From the human T2T-CHM13v2.0 reference genome, Homo sapiens, in assembly GCF_009914755.1 (NCBI RefSeq), contig NC_060926.1: a DNA stretch of 64,000 nt; one strand, written 5' to 3'. This document shows, in pieces, positions 39,203 to 49,845 of this stretch. The notes beneath the pieces are model-generated. The model had not been told where the DNA came from and did not search any database. It saw only the letters and a program-made list of their open reading frames with translations. Positions within the stretch are counted from its first letter, which is position 1, and every line of letters begins with the position of its first letter. A program made the position numbers and the translations under genes.

Positions 39203-39379
39203 CACCTGCGGGCATTTCCTTAATGCTCCTCCCTTCACTTCCTCCTTCCGTTCTCCCTCCCATCTTCCTTCCAGCTCTTCTTCCTCTCTTCTATTCTCCT
39301 CTACCTCCTCTTTTCTTTCTTCCTTCCTGTCTTTCCCTTCCTTCTTTCTTCCCCTCCTCAAACATTTATTGAGCACCTA
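39203..39379 (+). repeat. ~180-bp direct repeat, copy B
   Basis: Matches 36498-36682; continues into an antisense L2 tail and body at ~39357-39660. Confidence 0.9.
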
Positions 39380-40864
39380 CTTAGTATGAGGCATGACATT
39401 AGGGGGATGTTGTGGACGGATGGGATACAAAAGTTGATCGAATCTGGCCTCTTTTCAGGAGGAATTCGCCAAATTGAGTCATAAAGAGAGAAAGCAAAGT
39501 TGTGCACAAATTTAACTGTCCCAAACTCCCATAGAGAATCCACTAAGTGTCACAAAGTGAGTCCGGGGAAACTGGGGTGTTTCCTCAGAAGCTCAAGTGC
39601 AGTTGGGGGATCAGAGAAGCTGTCCTGCCGGGCATAGCATTTGAGCTGGTCCTCAAGGATGGGTGCATCCCTGGATTCTCCACATCCAGAAATGGATTTT
39701 TCCTTCCCTAACATCCACAGCATTTCATCTCCTCCTCCAACGACATCTGCGTGGCTCCGGCTGCTCTGTGGGTGCCTTTCCTCTCCTCCCGAAGGCAGCC
39801 CTGGCTGCCCCCTCCTGCTATGGCCTCTGGGCCTTGATACCCTGAGACTCACACAGAACTGAGATTCCTACCTCTAGAGGTTTCAAATGCAATACAATAT
39901 GGCTGGCATGGACTTTTATATTCAGGAAACACAGACAAGATAGTATACATTTTGAAAATGGACTTTAAAAAATGTCAGCCATATATATTATCTCAACAGA
40001 GAGAGAGAGAGAGGTGCAGTTTTTAAAAGGAGATAAAAATACCTGATGCGTATAGCTTCCAAAGAGGAATGGTGCCCTTTGGGAGGATTTGGGAAGCAGC
40101 CTTGAATTAGTCAGCCAATCTGGGAGGGCTTCATGGAGGAAGGTGGGCTTCAGGGACTGACAGGGCAGCTTGAGCTGCAAGGTTAGGATGGGAGTATAAC
40201 TGGGCATGTGGCACCCACTAGACTGGGGTTCTGTGAGGGCAAATACTGTGCCTCAGATTCTCCTGTTCCCACAGTAGCCAGTCTGAGGCCTGGCACATGC
40301 AAGAACAAGCTCTGAAGGAATCATATGGGAGAAAGCTTACTGGCAGGGCAAGACAGTCAAGGAAGTAGAGAGTGACAGTAATCGGAAGGGGCTGGAAAGA
40401 TGGGCTGGGACAGAGCATGGGCAGAGGGAGGCCGGGCCACGAAGGCACCCTTGCAAAGGGCTTTGAGAAAGGGCATTCACAAAGGCAGCCAGTCTTGGGC
40501 TTTAAGGAATTCGATGCCCTGTCGGGGCTTTGGGTGGGGACAATCCAAATGATTGGCTTCATGAGCCTAGAAGCGGCTCTGCCCATGTAGCACCCCTGTG
40601 ACTTTGGGCAGGTCCCCTCCCCTCATCTGCATTCCCTCCTCCTCATGTGGTCTGGCTCCCTGGGAACCCATGGTGGTGATAAGGTCAGAACAGAGTGCAG
40701 TGGGTGACTTGGGGGCCGGAAAAGGAGGCTGTGGTCATCACTGAAGGAAGACAAAACAAGGACATGCACCAAGGAACTGACACTGGGACCATCGAGAGAG
40801 AGGTCACAAGCTATGAAGTCTGAAAACTGATTCATTTTTCAAGAGTCGAGACTAAAACAAGAGG

Positions 40865-41130
40865 AGATAACAACAGTAGCCATTTATTGGGTATTTAATA
40901 TGTCCCTAGTGCTACATATACATTATCTACCTGATAAGAAAGGAATGTTACATATACATTATCTACCTGATAAGACAGGTATTATTATTATCCTACTTTA
41001 TAGATGGGGAAACTGAGGCTTAGAGAGGTAAAATGATTGTTCAAAGTTAACACTGTTAGTAAGTGGTAGAGCTAAAAATTGGAGACTTGATTTTTTACTC
41101 TTGCTAGAGCTCTTAGCCATTGCTTTATTC
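40865..41130 (-). mobile_element. MIR SINE with an internal 36-bp tandem duplication
   Basis: TTTATAGATGGGGAAACTGAGGCTTAGAGAGGT core; duplicated unit at 40913-40984. Confidence 0.85.
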
Positions 41131-42903
41131 TGTCTCCCATAAGTAGATTCACTCGTGAGGCTTTATTTGGATTTTGAATGGCGACATATCATGGTTCTTC
41201 ATGAAGCAAAGGTGGACAGGCATGTGTAGTGCTCAGGGTACATTGTGCCGGGAGAGCAAGAACCTTGGGAAGGAGAGCTGGGGATTTGCCATCAGAAGAA
41301 AGTGAAGAATAGGAGGCTTTCTCATTTGTAAAGCACTTTCACAGCTTTTGCCTTAATCCATTCTCGTGACAGCCTTGGGAGTTAGGCATGGATTTTTTTT
41401 AAAATCCCCATTTTCCAGTTGAGAAACCTGAGTCCTGGAGAGGTGAAAAGAATTGCCCAGGGTCATCTAGCTGGTACATGGCAGGAGAGCGGAACCTGGT
41501 TCTCTTTTCCCTGGGCTCTGCTGCTTGTCAGGGTTGGACATGAGATCCCCAGAGAAAGCCCACATTGCTGGAGGGTTAGAGGGGAGGGGGGGCAGAGCAG
41601 GTATGGCTGGGGTCCTAAGAGCTGAGGTGAGAGAAGTTCTGAGGCATGTGACCTCATCTTCAAAGTCCCAAGCAGGGCAGGGGGCTGGGGCTGAGGGTCT
41701 GAGAGCGGCATAGCCTGAAGTCCAGAGCTAGAGGACAATGCCAATGGCAAGGAGCCCAGAAATGAATGGGCCACCTCGAATGGAGTGCTCTGTGGGGTGC
41801 CCTCTCCAGAATCTAGGGGGTAAGGAGAAGGTCCAGCAGGAATCATGGGTTTGGGTCTCTGCCATTCCTAACTCCCTGGTGCCTCAGGCATCGACGGGCA
41901 GGATGCCTGGAGGCCATGGGCTGCAGCGGAAGGAACACATGCTTTGGAGACAGATTGCTCTGGATTCAACCCCTGGTTTGATCACTTCCTGCCTGTGATT
42001 TTGTGTCTCAGTTGCCCTTTCCATAAAATGGAATAACAGCTTTTTTTTAGTCATAAGTTGTGAATAAGTGAATGCATATTCACAATATCAAATGACTTAT
42101 TCATTTCATGAGCTCAACATGTGCCAGCACTGTGCCAGGATAGTTCTGTGGGCCATGCAGACAAGGTCCCTGTCCTCATGCAGTTTACTTTGGTGCCCAG
42201 CACAACATAGGCCCCTAAAAGCACCACTTCATTCCTCCCATCTGTAAAGTTACCTGATTTCTGTCCTGCAGTGCCTGGCTCCATGCCAGTAATCAGGAAG
42301 GAGAAAGGGGTGAATCAGAGAAGCAGAACCTCAAACTTTGTTCTGAGCCCACAGTTTCTGAGCTAAGCAGGAGCCAGAGGTCAGCAGGGTGAGGCTGGGG
42401 GCTGGGGACCAAAGAGGAGGGTTGGCACGTCATATTCCTCCTTATCTGACTGCCCTTGCACCAGAGCCCAGAGAGTTTGACAATGATGATCTCAGTAGTG
42501 TTCAAAGCTTCCCGAGGGAGGCCAACAGCAAAGCAGAAAGCACTGGAGTGTGCTTGTGTTGACAGCTGCCGGATCAGAGGGCCTGGCTTGGGATCACAGG
42601 CTGCGGGGGTGGTGAAGCAGTGTGCAGATTCTGAAGCCTGGCACCCCCACCCGGGGCCCCAGGAGCCAGGTTCACCCACACAGAAACTCAAGGGAGGCTG
42701 CGTTTCCTAATCAACAGCCTGCACCGTGTGGTAGATGCTTTTCCTGTGGGTCATCTCTTTAAATTCTCCCAAGCTTGAAAAGAGAGATTATTGTTCCCAT
42801 TTTCGAGATCAGAAAACTGAGGCTCAGAAGAGTGAAGTAGCCTGCTTAAGAACGCATGTCTTCATCATAATAGTTGGTATGCAGGTTTCCCTCCCTGTCT
42901 CCA

Positions 42904-42904
<1 letters not shown>

Positions 42905-42946
<42 letters not shown>
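42905..42946. repeat. (CA)21 microsatellite
   Basis: Counted from the sequence. Confidence 0.95.
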
Positions 42947-42951
<5 letters not shown>

Positions 42952-43169
42952 ATGACTGTCTCTCTAGGCCGGCTAACAGTGGACCAAGATGAGCCCATCC
43001 TTGCCTGCATCCTGCATCAGTCCACCGGGAGCAGGCAGCAGGGATAAGGATGGGGAGGACGTGGTCAAGGAGTCGGACTACAGGCACCCCTGTGGCTCAG
43101 GGCATAGAGGGGGCTCGGGACACATGGAGCACCCCCTCGCCCACATTCCTTTTCCGGGTCTGCCTCTCT

Positions 43170-43860
43170 ACCAGACATCTCTCCTTCCTCCTTTTTTGCA
43201 TCCTCTTTGGATTCATTTTCTCCTCTCCTTTTATTTCCCCTTCTCTGCTTCCTGATTCACCCCTTGCTGTCTTTTCCAGTCTTTTCCGTTCCTCTCTTCA
43301 GTCTCTCCCTCTCCCTTTGCTTCCTTTCTCTGGACTCCCCTGGCTCCTTCTCCCTTTCTCATCCTCCCTCGTGTTTTCCTCTCTTTGTCTCTTCGATCTC
43401 CTTCCCTCCTTTTCCGTTTGTCTCTCCCTGGCCTGCGCCCCTCCCCGCCGCTCGCAGCCTCCCGCGCGCTCCTCCCTCGGCGCCGCCAACCCTCCCTCCG
43501 CCCCCTCGGCCCCGCCCTCCCCTCGCCAGTCTCCCCCTCCCCTCTCCGCTCTCGCTCTCCGTGATTTATTAACTTGCCCTGCTGCTTCTGACAAACTATT
43601 TGTAGGAAAATGAGATTTGGTCCGCGCTGGATGGCTCCTCTGGGAGGCAGGCGTGGGGGTCGGGTGTCGGAGGCCCCGTGCGCCCCCCCACCCCCCACCA
43701 GAGCCCACGGCGCTCACGGAGCTCTTTAAGATAAATGAGCAAAATTAAGAGACTCACTGGGGGAAGAAAACACTGGATGGGAGCGAGCGAGAGCGGATGG
43801 TACTTGGTTTCCTCCCAGAAATGCATCCACGTGCGCCCCACTGGGGCCTCCCCCATCTGC
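43170..43860. promoter_or_regulatory. CpG island preceded by a long polypyrimidine tract; candidate promoter
   Basis: Pyrimidine-skewed 43170-43560. CpG-dense 43430-43850 with GC boxes (CCCCGCCC, CTCCGCCCC). No repeats recognised. Confidence 0.65.
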
Positions 43861-44724
43861 TGCAGACTCCAGGGAACTTCCTCCCCTCAAAGACGAACTT
43901 CCAGCCCTGGAGCATGTTTCTTCCTTTCCTGGGATGTGGCGCTGAAAAGGGCAGAAACCTCTAGTAAGGCACAAGCAACAGATTGGGGGTGGAGCAGCAG
44001 GTCTCTTTGGAGGTGGCCTGGAAGAAACCGGACAGAGAGGATGGGAAGGGGAGAAACAGAAGGGTGTGACGAGGTGGGTGTCCAAGGGCAATGGGACAGG
44101 CAGTCCGGGTGGGAGAGTGGACCTGAGGAAGTAGCTGCAGGCCCAGACTACTTCAGCCACACCCTGATCCCCTGGGACCCTCAGGGCACAGGAGGCAGTG
44201 CTGGCTCCAACCTCAGTCCAAGGAGCTGTGGAAGCCTCAGAGGTCCTTGGCAGAGATGAGCCCTCAATTCTCACCTCAAAGGCAGCGATTGAAGTTTTCT
44301 CTTGTCTGGGTGGCAGAACTATAAGTTGTCAGAGGGCAGGTAGTGGGTCTTTGGTTTTTCTGCAGTGCCACAGGGCTAGCTTACCTTAGAGGCCATAAGT
44401 ATTATTTGTTGAGATGCATGAATACAAGAATGTCTTATAAGCTCTAGGCTCAATTTTCAACTCCCACAGATGTGCAATGAAAACAATTTTCCAGACTACT
44501 TTTTTTCCCTCTTATTTTGAAAGCAATACACTTATTTTTTCCATCAAACATTAAGACAACAGAGATAAGCAACATAGAAGAAAATAATAATCACCTGTTA
44601 TTCTACTACGAACAATTTGGAATTTATCTTAAGTCTCAAAATATATATGTATTAAAACACAAGGTCATATTGTAAACATTGTTTTGACCTGCTTTATTTC
44701 ATTCGATGTTAAATTGTAAATACC

Positions 44725-45029
44725 TTTTTTTTTTTTTTTTTTTTTTTTGAGATGGAGTCTCGCTCTGTCGCCCAGGCTGGAGTGCAGTGGCGCGATCTCG
44801 GTTCACTGCAGGCTCCGCCTCCCGGGTTCACGCCATTCTACTGCCTCAGCCTCCTGAGTAGCTGGGACTACAGGGGCCCGCCATCTCGCCCGGCTAATTT
44901 TTTGTATTTTTAGTAGAGACGGGGTTTCACCATGTTAGCCAGGATGGTCTCGATCTCCTGACCTCGTGATCCGCCCGCCTCGGCCTCCCAAAGTGCTGGG
45001 ATTACAGGCGTGAGCCACCGCGCCCGGTC
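44725..45029 (-). mobile_element. AluY SINE
   Basis: T24 tail; AluY-type GGTTCACGCCATTC and GTTAGCCAGGATGGTCTCGATCTCCTGACCTCGTGATCCGCCCG; CpGs largely intact. Confidence 0.97.
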
Positions 45030-45192
45030 CCTTTTTATATCATGTTAAATATTTCTTCTAAAACAAAATTTTAAGTTGTTACAGTGATTTTTTATAGGTT
45101 TGTATGCTCTATGGATGATTTTTTTTAACAAGGCACATATTTTTGTTCATTTTGATTGTTTCTAAATTTTTGCTATTATCAAGATTTCCTAA

Positions 45193-45511
<319 letters not shown>

Positions 45512-45539
45512 TAGATCATCCCATTTTTATCATAGCCAG

Positions 45540-45921
45540 TGTCTTAGTCTGTTTTGTGTTGCTGTAACACAATACCACAGCCTAAGAAATTTATAAAGAA
45601 AATTTTTTTTGTTCTTACTCTTCTGGAGGCTGGGAAATCCAAGGTTGGGGGCTGCATCTGGTGAGGACCTTCTTGCTGTATCATCCTAGCCGGGAAGGAG
45701 GAAGGGGAAAAGAGCAGGAAGGAGCAAGAGAGAAAGCAGGGCAGACTCATCCCTTTTATCAGAAACCTGCTCCATTAATAACTAACTCCCATGATAACAC
45801 CATTAATCCATTAATGAGGACAGAGCCCAATAACCCTTAAATATCCATCCTCTTAACACTGTTGCATTGGAGATTAAGTTACCAACATTTGAACTCTGGG
45901 GGACACATTCAGACCATAGCA
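45540..45921 (-). mobile_element. MaLR solo LTR (MSTD-like)
   Basis: TGTCTTAGTCTGTTTTGTGTTGCTGTAACA...CATTAATCCATT.ATGAGG...GGGGACACATTCAGACCATAGCA; TSD GCCAG/GTCAG. Confidence 0.9.
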
Positions 45922-48869
45922 GTCAGTTATAAAAGCGTGATTTATGCTTTTTCCTAGTTTCATAAGCATAAGATGTGACATATTTTAATAGCTGACAATT
46001 CTACAGGGCCTGATCTGAGTTCCTAGCCTAGATCAGCCTTTCTAGAACTTTGTAGATTTTCAAAGATGACCAGTTCTGCAAACCAGGGTAATCTGGCATG
46101 TTCTGGAAGCAAAGGAAGTGGATATGGCTTCAGCCATAGGAAACAAAAAAGATATGATATTTAAAGAAAAAGATTATTCAGTTCAAATCTTCCTAAAACA
46201 TTTACGAAACAAATGTGCACCAAGTTTTAATACTGGGTGAAGTTACCTCTGATTGGTGTTAACTATGTTATGTGAGGATACCAATTTCAAAGTATATGAA
46301 AATGTAAAACTTGAAAATGGTGGAGTCATCCTAAGTATTACTTCATAAAATACAAGTAGAGAAGAAAAAGAAGATTTGACATATAAAGATACGAGAGAAA
46401 AACACTCAAAATTATGTGACCTCACACAGGTAACCCTTTCAAGTGATGGGGCACTTTTCAAGTGGAAGCTTTCCTCCCTGCCTTGAAAACAAGAATGTGT
46501 GACTGGTGTCCATTTGTATGTCTGTCTGTCAGTCTGGAGTGTGTGGTCTTAGGAAGGCTGGAAGATGATGCAAAACACTTTGATCATTTGTTCTTTGCGT
46601 TTCTGCTGCTATTAGCACTTGCATGTGCTGTACTGAGACTTCTACTGACACAACTCCTCCAATCAATGTATTTCTTGGAGGACACCTTACTCACTTGTTC
46701 TAAACTTCAGTGTCCTGGGTCTCTAAGTGGCTCTCTAGGGCAGTAACGGTGGGAGGGCAGAGTTCACAAACTATGTTCAATATTTGGAAAGGACTGATTA
46801 CCTACAGTAAAGTGACTTGGGCTAGTAAAATGTCAGGTTTCTTTGCTTTGGGTTGATTTATAACAACTCAATTTGGGAATACGTACTATCTCAATGGATT
46901 GCTCTGATTGGCATTTTTCTAGGTCCTTGATTTATAAATGAAAGGGAGAACTGATTATTCAATAAATACAGTCTATTTTTCCTAATTATGTAGGAAATCA
47001 TGTCTTTGTAATAAAAGGAGTGTTTGATAGAATGAGCTCATGAAGAAGAGTGTAGTGTTCAACTATAGTTCTCTCTACTCCCCAGATGCCATTGGGGTAA
47101 AAGTTACCCAAACAAGAGAAGATTCTGTTGACCCTGAAGTTGAAGTATGGTGGAGATTTTCTAGAAAAATCCATTCAAATCTTTTTCTCTCCCAGATCAT
47201 GAAGGAAAGAGGAGGCGTCTACTGAATGTAAGGTAGAGCCAAAGGCATCTATTGATGACTGAAGAAGAGGCATGAATATGACAAAAACAGGAAGGTAGGC
47301 CAAAAAAGATGATTCATAGATGATTCAACATGGAGGCCCCAACCTTATTTTATTAGTAAAAAAAGATGTGGTGGCGAGTGTATGGGGAGAGAAAAGAAAT
47401 TAAAACACCATGATCCTTTTAATACAGTCCAAGATTTACTCTGCATAATCCAGTCATATTTTTGACAGTAAATTCATAGCTCCTCTGTCCCCAGTAACAG
47501 AACGGTGATCTTTATGGGGCCGGCGTGAGGAAGCTGGCGGGCACGGCCCCCGTCACATTAAACTGTCTCAGTGAAGAGGCAATTTGTTTGATATTAAGAG
47601 TTATAAAAATATCAGCACAGAGCGGTTATGCCAGGGATATTGCACAAGCCAATCTGAATTTTAATGTAGTGTGAGCAATAAGCACCGCATTCCTGAGCTC
47701 CTGCCACACTCCCTCTGCAAATATTTGAAGAGAAAAAGACAGAGGTTTTGAGTGTCTTGCTCTTTTCCACTTGTGCTTCATGCGGGCTTGCTCATCACCA
47801 GATGTGTGGGAGCTGGCAAGGGTTTCCAGGTGCCTGGAAGGGGGGTTCTCAAGCCCCACACAGGAGATCCAATGGCATCCCTGGCATCGTGTGCAGAGAG
47901 AATGGGGTCGGCTTCCTAGCACCTCTGTTCGTGCCCCTCACTCACTCAAGGTGTCATCTAGCAGCCAGGACTCAGCTCCTCCACCCAGTGTCTCCTGATT
48001 TTCATCCCAAGTATTCTTTAGTGTCTTATTCCAATGGAACGCCATTGCCCAAGCATCCCACTCCCCTCCCCATCCTCTAAGTCCACCATAAAATGCCCTT
48101 CTTATCTTCTTACTGTGCCCCCATCACACCCCGTCTCTTTAGCCCATAGGTGTACACTCTGACCTCTCCCCTCAGGCCCTTCCATCAGTTTTCTCATTAT
48201 TTCCCTTTACCGCCATTCCTCTCCCTTCACCTCCCAGTCACCTCTTCCCAGCCTCTTCTCCCATAAATATCCATTTAACCTTACAGATAGATCTTTCTGA
48301 AACATGCTAACCAATTAATTTCACTTCCACAGGGTGCCTACTCTGTGTCAGGCATTGGGTAGTGGCTGAAGGAGACACAAACATGAACAACACCTGGTGG
48401 TCTCTGCTCTTCAGGGACTCACAGTCCAGTTGTGAAGGGGAAGAGGGGGTGCCAGAGGTGATGGGGGTGCCAGACAAGGATTCTGGTCATTTTTACTTTG
48501 AGGACAGAGTGAGATAAGATCCCCAGGAGAGGTCCAAACACAGGCAGTAAAGGGCCTAAGAAGGAGAGATGTGTCTGAAGAGGGGAAAGAGAGAACATAT
48601 CATGGTGGCGACTGGCTATGCCTTCAAGAAGGGGTACAGTTGGCAGGTGGCAGTTGGAGAACTGGGCAGAGAAGAGTCTATCTTAGGCAAAGCAGAGAAA
48701 TGCTCTGATGGGGGAATTCATGGGGAATTGTTAAGAAATAGTGAGTCATCCAGCTTGTCTGACAGGGCTCAGAGAAGTGCAGGGACATGCCCAAGCTAAT
48801 GAAAAGGTGAGTCCGATATAGCATGCTGTTTGTCTGATTCCCAGTTCAGAATGCTCTTCATTACACCAC

Positions 48870-49108
48870 AGCAGTAATTCTCAAGGTGTTAGCCTGAGAC
48901 TCCTGGACTCCTTGAGATCCTTTCAGGGTGTCTGAGAGGTCAATGCTGTTTCAAGGTCGTTTGCCTTTGCTTTCTTATTTACCTCCGGGTGTACAGTGGG
49001 GCTTTTTACTGTGCATTTGGAAGATCTTTGTAACTCAGTGATCCAACATTTTCCAAGTGACCAGTGCATGATATTACAAATCATGCATGGGTGAATCATC
49101 CGCTCAAG
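48870..49108. mobile_element. hAT-Charlie (Charlie1-like) fragment
   Basis: CAGTAATTCTCAAGGTG terminus and TTTCCAAGTGACCAGTGCATGATATTACAAATCATGCATGGGT internal motif. Confidence 0.65.
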
Positions 49109-49609
49109 GCCTCTCTCTCTCTCTTCTTCTCTCTCTCTTTCTCTCTCTCCTGGCTCTTGCTCTCATTCTACCCACCTCCATCACATCAGGCTTATCCTTG
49201 AATCCTTTCATCTGGAAGTTTATTTCCTTCCCCTTTCACCCAACTTCCTTTCTGCAGCACCTTCCACTGTACTCCCTCACTCCCTTCCTTCCCAGATTCC
49301 AGATCTAGGCTACTTACATTTCTCAAGCCAGCCTCCATTTCTCCATCTTCTGTTATCCCTCAAACTCCCTCTCCAATGTTTCATAATTCTTTCACAGGCA
49401 TGGTCTCCGTTTCTTCTAGAGTTTTTGGAGGCTATCTATGCTTCTTAACTTTGGTCACCAGCTTCTCAAAAGTTCTTATTTGTTGCTGCAATGATAGATA
49501 AGTGTTCACATTTGTGAATTATGCTCATCACTTTTGAAGTTATGAGAGACTCTTCTGAACCTCCCAGCCCAGCCCTGGGTCCAACTTAGTGCAAACAAGG
49601 AGGGGTGTC

Positions 49610-49845
49610 CTGGCTCTGATGGAGGGAGCATGGGCTTGGAGACAGGCAGACCTGTTGCAGAGCCAGCTTTGCCACAATCTAACAATGTCGGTTTAACCAA
49701 GCCACTCCATCCCTCTGAGCATTAGGCCCCGTGTTTATTGAGTGAAGATAATAATACTCACCCTGCAAAGTTCTTATGAAAATTCAATCAGAATATACAC
49801 ATATGGCAGAGAGTAAGTGCTCATGTAGATTCACTATTATTATCA
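49610..49845 (+). mobile_element. MIR SINE
   Basis: AGCATGGGCTTGGAGACAGGCAGACCTG...CTCTGAG...GATAATAATAC...AGTAAGTGCTCA. Confidence 0.65.

Noticed and set aside
9911-40984. Short spaced repeats as a CRISPR-like array
   Set aside because: Each unit has only two copies, the units are unrelated, there are no cas genes and the DNA is eukaryotic.
43050-44274. Stack of 120-187 aa ORFs on both strands
   Set aside because: Explained by stop-codon scarcity in the polypyrimidine tract and CpG island; low-complexity products.
46460-47350. Possible Gypsy/ERV internal remnant
   Set aside because: Only a vague LIE*AHE-like translation; no further integrase or RT motif in frame.
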